Shown here: piece after piece, positions 8,059 to 17,594 of the stretch | Layout of the letters: each line of letters begins with the position of its first letter | Numbering within the stretch: the first letter of the stretch is position 1 | Sequence record: DRR723986_9652 | Direction: 5' to 3' (one strand) | Length of the DNA: 51,250 nt | Notes under the pieces: model-generated | The model's database searches: none | What the model saw: only the letters and a program-made list of their open reading frames with translations | What the model was told of the DNA's origin: nothing | Position numbers and translations under genes: made by a program

Positions 8059-11000
8059 GGTCGCCCCCTTTGTTCGTTGTAGATTGATTGGATGAATCAT
8101 TTGCTTCCTCTTCATCACCATGGTGTCGTCCACCTTTTTCACTTCTGTCAATCAGACGGTAAAACAGGGGCACAAAGAAAATGGCCAGCAATGTGGCAGC
8201 AGTCATGCCGCCCATTACACCGGTACCCACCGCGGTTCTCGCGCCGGCACCCGCACCGCTGGAGAACGCCAACGGAACGACCCCTAGAATAAACGCAAAC
8301 GAGGTCATGAGGATGGGGCGGAACCGCAAACGGGCTGCTTCCAGAGAAGCCTCCAATGCACTCATGCCTTCCTCTCGTTTTAGCACCGCGAATTCCACAA
8401 TCAAAATCGCGTTCTTGGCAGCCAGGCCAAGTAAAGTGACCAAGCCAATCTGGAAGTACACGTCGTTGGTCATGTCACGCATCCACACTGCCAGCAAGGC
8501 ACCGAACAAACCAAACGGCATGGCCAGCAATACGGAGAATGGCAGGGTCCACTTTTCATACTGTGCCGCCAAAATCAGGAACACCATCAGTGCACCCAAA
8601 ATCAGGGCAAAACTGGACGAACCCGCAGAACGCTTTTCCTGGAAGGAGGCACCCGAGAAGTCATAGCTGAAATCATCAGGCAAGACCTCGGCAGCAATGT
8701 CTTCAATCGCCTTGATGGCTTCGCCGGAACTCACCCCAGGTGCGCCACTACCGAGCAATTTCACCGCCGGTAGATTGTTGAAACGCTCCAAAGTTTCCGG
8801 ACCTTGCGAAAACTCCACTTTTGCAAAGGCAGAAATTGGAATCATCTCGCCCTTGTTGGAACGCACGTACATATTGCCGATGTCAGTCGGGCTTTTGCGA
8901 TACTGCGCATCCGCCGACATCAACACCTGCCAGGTGCGGCCAAACTTGTTGAAGTCATTCACATAGTACGTACCCAGGCTTGCCGACAAGGTATCGAACA
9001 CCTCATTCACATTCACTCCCATGGCACGTGCACGTTCGCGGTCTACATCCACATACAACTGTGGTGTGCCTGGGCGCCACAGCGTTTGTACACCGGCAAG
9101 GCGCGGATCGGCGTTGGCTTTGGCGATAAAGTTGTTCATCACCTTGGCCAGTTCAGCCGGGCCACCCTCGCCACGATTTTGAATGTAAAACTCAAAGCCA
9201 CCTGCATTGCCCAAACCGAAGATTGGAGGTGGGGCAAAGGCCAGCACTAAACCTTCCTGAATGCCAGCCGTGCGGCCAAACAATTCACCCACCAGCTCCC
9301 CGGTTACAGCTTCGCGCTCATCCCAATGGCGTTGGGTCACAAACATGGTGGCCGCGTTGTTCTTGAAACTGCCACCCAAAAAGTCGAACCCGGTGAATGC
9401 CACGGAATACTCATTGGCCGGGTTGGCTGCCACTGCATCCACCACTTCTGCCACCACCTTGTCTGTGCGCTGCAAAGTAGCGCCGTCAGGCAAAAACACC
9501 GCAGCAATGAAGTAGCCCTGGTCTTCATCGGGTACCAATGAACCGGGTGTAGCCCTGAACAAACCGGCGGTTACCACCAGCATGACCAAAAACAAGCCGA
9601 TACCAATGGCCGGACGCATGCTGATGAACTTCACGCCACCGACGTATTTGGTCGTGACACGGCCAAACCAGTCATTGAACCAGGTGAAAAATTTACCGGG
9701 TTTTTTGTGCTCATGTTTCAACAGCATCACACACAAAGCTGGCGTCAAGGTCAGCGCCACGATGCCCGACACGATCACCGCAATCGCGATGGTGATCGCA
9801 AACTGGCGGTACAGCTCACCAGTCAAACCACCGAGGAAACCAATTGGAATAAACACGGCCGACAACACCAGCACAATCGCAATCACCGGGCCAGTTACTT
9901 CCTGCATGGCCTTGATCGCAGCCTTGCGGGCACTTAAGCCCTCCTCATGCATGATTCGCTCAACGTTTTCCAGCACCACAATGGCGTCGTCCACCACAAT
10001 ACCAATGGCCAGCACCATGCCGAACAAGGTCAGCGTGTTAATGGAATAACCCAACAGGTACAAGCCAGCAAACGCACCCAACAGGGACACTGGTACAGCC
10101 AGAATTGGAATCAGCGTGGCGCGCCAGTTTTGCAAAAACACATACACCACGATGAACACCAGAATCATCGCTTCAATCAGCGTTTTCACCACTTCGCGAA
10201 TGGACACTTCCACAAAACGTGTGGTGTCATAAGGCACCGCATAGTTAAGACCTTCCGGGAAATCTGCGGCAATTTCATCGACCGTGCCTTTCACGGTTTG
10301 AGCCACTTCAAGCGCATTGGCACCCGGCTGCAAAAACACACCCACCAGTGTCGCTGGCTTGCCATTGATACGACCGGTAAAGTCGTAATCCTTGGAACCC
10401 AATTCCACGCGGGCAACGTCTTTCAAGCGCAAGGACGAACCATCCGGATTCACCCGGATCAACACATTTTCAAACTGCTCAACATCTTGCAATCGGCCTT
10501 GCGCCGTGATGGTGTAGACCAGTTCCTGGCCGTTGTTGTTGGGCGCTTGGCCAACTTTACCCGCTGCAAACTGTGCATTTTGCTCGTTCAAGGCCGCGGC
10601 AATGTCGCCGGCGGTCAACTTCAATTGCGCCATGCGATCCGGTTTGATCCAGATTCGCATGGCATAGTCTTTCGCACCAAAAATTTGAACGTTGGTCGTA
10701 CCCGGAATCCGCTTGATGCGGTCCAGTACGTTCAAGGTCACATAGTTCGAGGTGTAAAAGTCATCAAACCGGCCGTCTTCTGAGTAAAACGCCAACACCT
10801 GCAAAAATGAGGAAGAACCCTTGTTCACGGTTACACCTTGCCTGCGCACTTCCTGCGGCAAAATGTTTTCCACTTGCTTTACACGGTTGTTCACGTTCAA
10901 AGCGGCTTGATCAGGATCAGTACCAATTTCAAACGTCACCATGATTTCAACCACGCCGCTGCTGGCCGAAGTCGAGCTCATGTACATCATGTTCTCGACA

Positions 11001-11215
11001 CCGTTGATGGCGTTTTCAATCGGCGCGGCCACGGTGCTGGCAATCACTTCTGCAGAGGCACCGGGATACACCGCACGAACCTGCACCACTGGAGGTGCAA
11101 TTTCAGGGTACTGCGCAATCGGTAAACCACGCATGGCAGCCAAACCCGCCAGCATGATGAAAATCGACAACACGGCCGCAAACACAGGCCGGTCGATAAA
11201 GAATTTCGAAAACAT
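8051..11215 (-). CDS. HAE1-family RND multidrug efflux permease (AcrB/MexB-like)
   Basis: 1054 aa; FFIDRPVFA; GIVVDDAIVVLENVER; AKNAILIVEFA; RFRPILMTS. Confidence 0.97.
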   Translation of the reverse strand: MFSKFFIDRPVFAAVLSIFIMLAGLAAMRGLPIAQYPEIAPPVVQVRAVYPGASAEVIASTVAAPIENAINGVENMMYMSSTSASSGVVEIMVTFEIGTDPDQAALNVNNRVKQVENILPQEVRRQGVTVNKGSSSFLQVLAFYSEDGRFDDFYTSNYVTLNVLDRIKRIPGTTNVQIFGAKDYAMRIWIKPDRMAQLKLTAGDIAAALNEQNAQFAAGKVGQAPNNNGQELVYTITAQGRLQDVEQFENVLIRVNPDGSSLRLKDVARVELGSKDYDFTGRINGKPATLVGVFLQPGANALEVAQTVKGTVDEIAADFPEGLNYAVPYDTTRFVEVSIREVVKTLIEAMILVFIVVYVFLQNWRATLIPILAVPVSLLGAFAGLYLLGYSINTLTLFGMVLAIGIVVDDAIVVLENVERIMHEEGLSARKAAIKAMQEVTGPVIAIVLVLSAVFIPIGFLGGLTGELYRQFAITIAIAVIVSGIVALTLTPALCVMLLKHEHKKPGKFFTWFNDWFGRVTTKYVGGVKFISMRPAIGIGLFLVMLVVTAGLFRATPGSLVPDEDQGYFIAAVFLPDGATLQRTDKVVAEVVDAVAANPANEYSVAFTGFDFLGGSFKNNAATMFVTQRHWDEREAVTGELVGELFGRTAGIQEGLVLAFAPPPIFGLGNAGGFEFYIQNRGEGGPAELAKVMNNFIAKANADPRLAGVQTLWRPGTPQLYVDVDRERARAMGVNVNEVFDTLSASLGTYYVNDFNKFGRTWQVLMSADAQYRKSPTDIGNMYVRSNKGEMIPISAFAKVEFSQGPETLERFNNLPAVKLLGSGAPGVSSGEAIKAIEDIAAEVLPDDFSYDFSGASFQEKRSAGSSSFALILGALMVFLILAAQYEKWTLPFSVLLAMPFGLFGALLAVWMRDMTNDVYFQIGLVTLLGLAAKNAILIVEFAVLKREEGMSALEASLEAARLRFRPILMTSFAFILGVVPLAFSSGAGAGARTAVGTGVMGGMTAATLLAIFFVPLFYRLIDRSEKGGRHHGDEEEANDSSNQSTTNKGGDHA

Positions 11216-11225
11216 GAATGACCCC

Positions 11226-12500
11226 TTATTGCTTCTGCTCTGTGGCTACAGGTGCGTTGTCCTGTGTGGCGCTGTCAACAACTGCGGGCTGCGCATCCGC
11301 ACCTGCAATCACGGGTTGTACGGGTGTTCCGGGTGGGGCCTTCATGAACCCGTCGGTCATCACTTTGTCGCCGGCAGCCAACCCGTCGGTCACGACCCAT
11401 TGGTCACCTTTCCACTGCGCAACCTGCACCGGGCGTGGTGCCACAGTATTTTCAGGGCTGACTGTCATCACAACCTTGCCACCCTCCGGGTTTTCAAGCA
11501 CAGCCCGTTGTGGCAACAACACAGCATCCTTTTGCACCGCGCCACTCACACGCACACGTACAAATTGTCCCGGGCTTAACACTTCCTTGTCATTGGCCAA
11601 CACGGCACGCGCATCGACCGTACCGGTGGCTGGGTTCACACGCACATCCTGAAAGCCCAGCTTGGCTTTCAATCCCATGGGTTTGCCATCGGCACCCAGC
11701 ACCTCAACCACCAAATCGCCATTACTCAAGGCAACCGCACCACTTGCAATGCCTTTGCGCAGTTGTTCGTGGTCTTTTTCAGGAATACCAAAGTTCACAT
11801 AGACCTGGTCGATCTGCGTTACTGTGGTCAACAACTCGGAAGGGCCAGACACAAAACTGCCCTCGGAGTACAACGAACGGCTTGCAAAGCCATTCACTGG
11901 CGATTCAACCCGCGCATACTCCAGGTTCAGGCGAGCCGTGCGAACCGCAGCACTGGCAACCTGCAAATCTGCCTTGGCCACTTCGAAGGCAGATTGCGCA
12001 TTGTCCAATTCAGATTGCGACACCGCTTTGCTGTCGGCCAGAGGCATGACCCGTTTGTAATCGCGTTCGGCTTGAGCAGCGCGAACCTTGGCTGCATTTT
12101 CATCGGCCAGGGCACGGGCCAAAGCAGTTTGGTAGGGAGCATTGTCCAGGCTGTACAAAGATTGGCCTTTCTTCACTCGGCCGCCCTCTTCAAACTGGCG
12201 GCGCTCGATAATACCGGCCACACGGGCGCGAATTTCAACCTCGCGCAAGCCAGCAATTTGAGCTGGGTATTCATAAGTCAATTCGAGCGGTTGAGTTTTT
12301 ACTTCAACCACGGGTACGGGTGCTGCCTGACCGGCACCGGGGCCACCGGGGGCTTGGGCATCGGCGCCCTGGCCACAGCCCAGCAACAAAGCGCTGGACA
12401 AAACAGTCACCAGCAGCGCGGGCAGAAGGGTGGCTCCTGCAAAAGCGCGGCTGTAGGGGGAAGCTTGGGTTTGCTTTGATTTCAATGAGTTGCTGTGCAT
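11226..12500 (-). CDS. RND efflux periplasmic adaptor (AcrA/MexA-like)
   Basis: LLGC lipobox; EIRARVAGII; LSPGQFVRV; start uncertain (MHSN chosen). Confidence 0.93.
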   Translation of the reverse strand: MHSNSLKSKQTQASPYSRAFAGATLLPALLVTVLSSALLLGCGQGADAQAPGGPGAGQAAPVPVVEVKTQPLELTYEYPAQIAGLREVEIRARVAGIIERRQFEEGGRVKKGQSLYSLDNAPYQTALARALADENAAKVRAAQAERDYKRVMPLADSKAVSQSELDNAQSAFEVAKADLQVASAAVRTARLNLEYARVESPVNGFASRSLYSEGSFVSGPSELLTTVTQIDQVYVNFGIPEKDHEQLRKGIASGAVALSNGDLVVEVLGADGKPMGLKAKLGFQDVRVNPATGTVDARAVLANDKEVLSPGQFVRVRVSGAVQKDAVLLPQRAVLENPEGGKVVMTVSPENTVAPRPVQVAQWKGDQWVVTDGLAAGDKVMTDGFMKAPPGTPVQPVIAGADAQPAVVDSATQDNAPVATEQKQ

Positions 12501-12567
12501 GATATTTGCCCTGTTATATCCTTGTGGGAATTTTCCGGGTTGATTTAATGACCGAGAAGTCAGATAA

Positions 12568-12591
12568 TACATACATACATGAGTGTATGTA
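12568..12591. promoter_or_regulatory. AcrR-type TetR operator
   Basis: TACATACA-N8-TGTATGTA in the divergent intergenic region; 20/24 match to the E. coli AcrR inverted repeat as recalled (TACATACATTCACAAATGTATGTA). Confidence 0.8.
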
Positions 12592-12622
12592 AATAAATTT
12601 TTCAATTTTGGCGTAGACGATT

Positions 12623-13243
12623 GTGGTAAGAAAAACGAAGGAAGAAGCGCAGGAGACTAGAAACCTGATTCTGGACACAGCCGAAGCAGTGTTCTCTGAG
12701 AAAGGGGTATCAAGGACCACGCTGAACGACATTGCCAAGGCCGCGGATTTGACGCGGGGGGCCATTTATTGGCACTTCAAGAACAAAGCCGACCTCTTTG
12801 ATGCGATGTTACAACGCGTCATATTACCGATGGATGAATTCATCGCCACGCCCGATTTACACCCCGAGCAACGACCGCTGGCCTATCTACGCACGCGCTC
12901 CATGCATGTGGTGCGTACCTTGGCCGAAGACACTCGCACACAGCGGGTTTTTGACATCGTGATGCACAAGGCAGAAATGGTTGATGACATGTTGCCCATC
13001 CGAGACAGACACCTGGAAGCCATTCAAGGCTGCATTCAAACCATTGAAGCCGATTTTCAAGCCGCGATTGCCAAAGGCGAATTGCCTGCACATACCAATG
13101 CCCGTCAGGCAGCGATTGGCTTGCATGCCCTGATTGACGGGCTTTTTGCCAACTTTGTGCTCAGCCCAAACCTGTTCAACCTGATGGAGCAGGCTGAATT
13201 CACAATCGACAATTACCTCAACGGCCTGTCCAACCGAAAGTAA
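12623..13243 (+). CDS. acrR: TetR-family repressor (AcrR/TtgR-like)
   Basis: MVRKTKEEAQETRNLILDTAE...LTRGAIYWHFKNKADLF; divergent from the pump. Confidence 0.9.
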   Translation: MVRKTKEEAQETRNLILDTAEAVFSEKGVSRTTLNDIAKAADLTRGAIYWHFKNKADLFDAMLQRVILPMDEFIATPDLHPEQRPLAYLRTRSMHVVRTLAEDTRTQRVFDIVMHKAEMVDDMLPIRDRHLEAIQGCIQTIEADFQAAIAKGELPAHTNARQAAIGLHALIDGLFANFVLSPNLFNLMEQAEFTIDNYLNGLSNRK

Positions 13244-13268
13244 CCCGGCTGACACAGGGGCCGGCTTT

Positions 13269-13955
13269 TCAAACCCGCCCAGTGACCGGAATGCCCGCCC
13301 CATTGATGTCGCGGGCAACATCGGACAACAAGAATCCAATAACCCCGGCCAAAGAGTCGGGTGCCACCCAATCGGCTGGGTCTGCATCAGGCATGGCCTC
13401 GCGATTGGCGGGGGTGTCCAAAATACTGGGTAACACGGCATTGGCACGAATACCCAAATGCTTGTTTTCCGCCGCCAGAGCTTCGGTCAAACGCAGCACA
13501 GCTGACTTGGCAGCCGAATAAGCCCCCATGCCTTCCGCTGCTTTTGATGCAGCCGCCGCCCCAATATTGACGATCACGCCACTTTGTTGATCCTGAAACT
13601 GCGGCAATATGGCTTGACACATATTCACGGTGGTTTGCACATTCATGGCGTACTGAGCATTCCAGGTATCAAGGCTGCTTTCAGCCTGACGCTCCCAAAC
13701 GAAACCACCTGCAATATTGACCACCGCATCGATTTGGCCAAAATATTCCCAGGCTTGATTCACCACCTCTTGAGCATGCTCGGGCAAGGTCAAGTCTACA
13801 TTGCCAATCGACACCGCATCGCTTTCGCCTTCCCACTCAGGCTGATGCAAATCAATCAACAGCAGTCGATAACCCAAACCTCCCAAGTGGGTGGCCACCG
13901 CCTGACCCAAATTGCCTGCTGCGCCGGTGACGATCACCACTGGACTGCTGTTCAT
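13269..13955 (-). CDS. SDR oxidoreductase
   Basis: TGAAGNLG; YSAAK; NAVLPSILDTP. Confidence 0.92.
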   Translation of the reverse strand: MNSSPVVIVTGAAGNLGQAVATHLGGLGYRLLLIDLHQPEWEGESDAVSIGNVDLTLPEHAQEVVNQAWEYFGQIDAVVNIAGGFVWERQAESSLDTWNAQYAMNVQTTVNMCQAILPQFQDQQSGVIVNIGAAAASKAAEGMGAYSAAKSAVLRLTEALAAENKHLGIRANAVLPSILDTPANREAMPDADPADWVAPDSLAGVIGFLLSDVARDINGAGIPVTGRV

Positions 13956-14128
13956 GTGAATTCACTCCCGAATTGATTGTGTGCGTGAGGACTATTTTGA
14001 CATGCCGAATCGGCTTTCACGCCCCCACCCCCTTTGAATACCCCCTTTAAGGGCAACGCATTGGTGCAATGCTGAATTCAACAAAACCTGCCGTTCACAA
14101 GACATCACCGGAATTCTTGGAGCATGTC

Positions 14129-14758
14129 ATGTGGAACGGTTTATTTTTTGGTTTGGTCAGCCTGTTCACACCCCAGGCCAGCCTGCCCGACACAGAGACC
14201 ATGAAGATGGAAATCGAGCAGTTCGCGCAGGTCTACGCAATCGACACTGATCGGATCCACGTTCGGGAAAGCACAATGAACAACCCCTCTCCATTCTTGA
14301 CCAACAGTGGGATCAAAGCCTGCGTGCTGCACGTCAACCAACATGCAGACGCCAAGCGGGTGTGGTCTCATTTTCTGGATTCCGGTCACGCGGGTGCCGA
14401 ACCCGCATTTCTGGCATTCACTTCGGCCCATGAATTGACCCACTGCCTGATGTCAGAAAAAGGAAAACGTGTGGCCGCCAAGCAGGCACTACAGGAACAC
14501 CTGGGCATTCAATTCAAGAATAATGTCCATTTTGAAGAAACACTGGCGGATCTGGTCGGCTTGGCGTATGTCCAGAAAGTAATGCCAGAACATTATGAGG
14601 TGGTGTATCAACGCGTGAAGTCGATTCGCACCGACTTTTCGAAACGAGATCCAGAGCACGACAGCTCGCGCGCCTTGAACACACACACCATCGCCTTCGC
14701 TGATCAAATGTTCAGCAAATCCAACACCATCCGTTTGGCAGACGCCGGTAGCCGGTAA
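14129..14758 (+). CDS. Exported hypothetical protein, putative zinc metallopeptidase
   Basis: Start MWNGLF with GGAG RBS, signal-like N-terminus; HELTH (HExxH) followed by EETLAD. Confidence 0.6.
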   Translation: MWNGLFFGLVSLFTPQASLPDTETMKMEIEQFAQVYAIDTDRIHVRESTMNNPSPFLTNSGIKACVLHVNQHADAKRVWSHFLDSGHAGAEPAFLAFTSAHELTHCLMSEKGKRVAAKQALQEHLGIQFKNNVHFEETLADLVGLAYVQKVMPEHYEVVYQRVKSIRTDFSKRDPEHDSSRALNTHTIAFADQMFSKSNTIRLADAGSR

Positions 14759-14815
14759 AAAAATCGGCTGTGAATCGGATCGTACGAAAGCACGATCTGC
14801 AAAAGCATGGTTAAA

Positions 14816-14833
14816 TTCAAACGATCGTTTGAA
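14816..14833. promoter_or_regulatory. PsrA-type TetR operator 1
   Basis: Perfect palindrome TTCAAACGATCGTTTGAA upstream of atuB. Confidence 0.8.
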
Positions 14834-14864
14834 AACAAACAAGCACAATTCACAGGTGACCCTT

Positions 14865-15773
14865 TTGAACAGCTTCCAATCCGTATTTCGCCCCAATCTG
14901 TTTGCAGGACAAACGGTGCTGGTCACCGGCGGAGGTTCCGGCATCGGCCGCTGTACCGCACATGAACTGGCCAGCCTGGGTGCAGACCTGGCCTTGGTCG
15001 GTCGAAAAATGGAAAAGCTTGAAACCGTGAAAGCGGAAATTGAGCAAACCTGCAAGGTCAAAATTTCCCTGCACAGCTGTGACATTCGCGAAGAGGAGCG
15101 GGTCAAGGAGACAGTGGCCGACGTGTTGGCGGCCCACGGCAAAATCAATCACCTGATCAACAATGCAGGGGGGCAATTCCCCTCACCGCTGAACATGATT
15201 AGTGGCAAAGGGTTCGAAACCGTGGTGCGTAACAACCTCACAGGTGGATTTCTGATGGCCCGAGAGGTCTTCAACCAATACATGATGTTGCATCTGGGCG
15301 AGTCCGACATGTCCATCACCAACATTATTGCGGACATGTGGAACGGCATGCCCGGCATGGGCCACTCAGGCGCAGCGCGCGCTGGCATGCTGAACTTCTC
15401 GGAAACAGCGTCCAATGAATGGGCTCCCGTGCGCGTGAATGCGGTTGCACCGGGCTTCATTGCATCGAGCGGCATGGACACTTACCCTGAGCCCATGAAA
15501 CAAACCATCATGCAACTGGACAAGACGATTCCGTTACAACGCTTGGGCCTGGAGGCAGAGGTGTCAGGCGCCTTGGTGTTCTTGTGCAGCCCCGCGGCCT
15601 CATTCATCTCGGGTTCCTGTATTCGAATCGACGGCGCAGCCCCTAACGCGCGCCGCATTTGGCAAGTGGGCACCGGCAAACCCAACCCGGCTTTCAACAG
15701 CTTTCATTTGGGTGGCGTGCCGGAGGTGATTCAGCGTCGAGACGCTGCACGCGCAGCGGCCAGCAAGAAATAA
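14865..15773 (+). CDS. atuB: SDR, citronellol/citronellal dehydrogenase AtuB-like
   Basis: SVFRPNLFAGQTVLVTGGGSGIGRCTAHELA; NNAGGQF; GMPGMGHSGAARAG; adjacent to atuC; TTG start with AGGTG RBS inferred. Confidence 0.8.
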   Translation: MNSFQSVFRPNLFAGQTVLVTGGGSGIGRCTAHELASLGADLALVGRKMEKLETVKAEIEQTCKVKISLHSCDIREEERVKETVADVLAAHGKINHLINNAGGQFPSPLNMISGKGFETVVRNNLTGGFLMAREVFNQYMMLHLGESDMSITNIIADMWNGMPGMGHSGAARAGMLNFSETASNEWAPVRVNAVAPGFIASSGMDTYPEPMKQTIMQLDKTIPLQRLGLEAEVSGALVFLCSPAASFISGSCIRIDGAAPNARRIWQVGTGKPNPAFNSFHLGGVPEVIQRRDAARAAASKK

Positions 15774-15788
15774 GCCCGTATTTAAGGC

Positions 15789-15833
15789 TTGACACACCAA
15801 AGTCTCACCCGCAAAATCAAACAAACGTTTGAT
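15789..15833 (+). promoter_or_regulatory. Sigma70 promoter overlapped by PsrA-type operator 2
   Basis: TTGACA-N17-CAAAAT; ATCAAACAAACGTTTGAT at 15816-15833. Confidence 0.7.
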
Positions 15834-15872
15834 TTTTTTGACCCTCTTGCCGCTACTTAAAGCCACAAACCA

Positions 15873-17501
15873 ATGCCTATTTTAGAGAGCCTCGTTTCCA
15901 CAAATTCCGCCGAGTTTGAACTCAACAAGGCCAATATGGAAACGGCCCTGAATGAACTTCGATCGCTGGAGAAACGTACACGCGACGCTTCGGCAAAAGC
16001 TGCGCCATCGTTTGCAAAGCGCGGGCAGTTGCTGCCGCGCGACCGGGTGGCGCTACTGCTCGACTCGGGTTCTCCTTTTCTGGAACTGAGCACCCTGGCT
16101 GGTTACATGCAAGATGGTCAAAAGGCCGACAAAAGCATTCCCGGCGGCGGCATCATTGCCGGGCTGGGCTATGTGGCCAACACCTTGTGTATGGTGGTTG
16201 CCAGCGATTCTGGCATCGAAGCCGGTGCGCTTCAGGCCATGGGCATTGAAAAAATGCAAAGGGCTCAGGACATTGCTCTGGAAAACAAACTGCCCTTCAT
16301 TAACCTCGGCGAATCCGCTGGTGCCAATTTGTTGAAGTACAAAGTCGAGCACTTCATATTGGGCGGCGGTAATTTCTACCGCCTGGCCAAGCTCAGCGCG
16401 GCTGGGCTGCCCGTCATCAACGTACTGCACGGTTCGTCCACTGCGGGTGGTGCCTACATTCCCGGTTTAAGCGATGTGGTCATTATGGTTCGTGAACGTG
16501 CACGCGCATTTCTCGCTGGCCCCCCTTTGTTGAAAGCCGCCACGGGCGAGATAGCAACGGATGAGGAACTGGGCGGCGCCGACATGCACTGCTCAGTCTC
16601 AGGCTTGGGTGACTACATCGCCGACGACGACCGCCACGCCATTGCACTGGCCCGCGACGTGATGGCAAAAATCGACTGGAACAGCAGCAATCGCAATGTG
16701 ATACCCACATTGAATGCTCACGCGCCTGCACCACGCTACCCAGCCGAAGAACTACTGGGTATCATGCCCGCCGATATCAAAACGCCGGTGGACATGCGTG
16801 AAGTCATCGCCCGCATCGTCGACGACTCCGACTTCCTCGAATTCAAGGCCAACTATGGTCCGGCCACGCTGTGCGGATACGCCAAGCTGATGGGTGTTTC
16901 CATCGGCATCATCAGCAACCTGGGGCCGATCGACACGGCTGGTGCCACCAAAGCCACGCACTTTATTCAAAGCTGCTGCCAAACCAAAACCCCAATCATC
17001 TACCTGCAAAACACGACCGGTTACATGGTGGGCAAAGAGGCTGAGCAAGGTGGCATCATCAAACATGGCTCAAAAATGATTCAAGCGGTAAGCAACGCAA
17101 CAGTTCCTCAAATCACTTTGCTGTGCGGTGCCAGTTTTGGTGCTGGTAACTATGGGATGTGCGGCAGGGCATTTGGTCCACGTTTCGTGTTTGCCTGGCC
17201 CAACAGCAAAACTGCGGTCATGGGTGCCGAGCAAGCCGCCGGCACCATGGCCACTGTAATGCAGGCCAGCGCGGCACGAAAAGGCATGGAGGTACCAGAT
17301 TTCATGCTGGAAAACATGAAAAAACAAATCATCGACACGTTTGAAGCACAAACCAGCGCATTCCACACCAGCGGATTGTTGCTCGACGACGGCGTGATCG
17401 ATCCAAGAGACACACGACAGGTGCTGGCGCTTGCGCTGATCGCCTGTCTGCAACAAGAGCGCAGTGTGCAGCCCATGCAATTTGGCGTGGCTCGGCCGTA
17501 A
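15873..17501 (+). CDS. atuC: Geranyl-CoA carboxylase beta (carboxyltransferase) subunit
   Basis: RGQLLPRDRV; GSSTAGGAY; GASFGAGNYGMCGR; DDGVIDPRDTR; C-terminal FGVARP. Confidence 0.88.
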   Translation: MPILESLVSTNSAEFELNKANMETALNELRSLEKRTRDASAKAAPSFAKRGQLLPRDRVALLLDSGSPFLELSTLAGYMQDGQKADKSIPGGGIIAGLGYVANTLCMVVASDSGIEAGALQAMGIEKMQRAQDIALENKLPFINLGESAGANLLKYKVEHFILGGGNFYRLAKLSAAGLPVINVLHGSSTAGGAYIPGLSDVVIMVRERARAFLAGPPLLKAATGEIATDEELGGADMHCSVSGLGDYIADDDRHAIALARDVMAKIDWNSSNRNVIPTLNAHAPAPRYPAEELLGIMPADIKTPVDMREVIARIVDDSDFLEFKANYGPATLCGYAKLMGVSIGIISNLGPIDTAGATKATHFIQSCCQTKTPIIYLQNTTGYMVGKEAEQGGIIKHGSKMIQAVSNATVPQITLLCGASFGAGNYGMCGRAFGPRFVFAWPNSKTAVMGAEQAAGTMATVMQASAARKGMEVPDFMLENMKKQIIDTFEAQTSAFHTSGLLLDDGVIDPRDTRQVLALALIACLQQERSVQPMQFGVARP

Positions 17502-17525
17502 AAAATTGACCCAACTCTGGAATGC

Positions 17526-17552
17526 AAAAAGGCACCCCGAAGGGTGCCTTTT
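17526..17552. terminator. Bidirectional intrinsic terminator
   Basis: AAAAA-GGCACCC-CGAA-GGGTGCC-TTTT between convergent genes. Confidence 0.9.
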
Positions 17553-17594
17553 CACTTTGCCGGGGGGTCGGAGCCCCAGGCAATACTACAAAGC

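Noticed and set aside
8092-12479. Long antisense ORFs over the RND, carboxylase and T3SS genes
   Set aside because: Shadow frames of well-conserved genes with no recognizable motifs.
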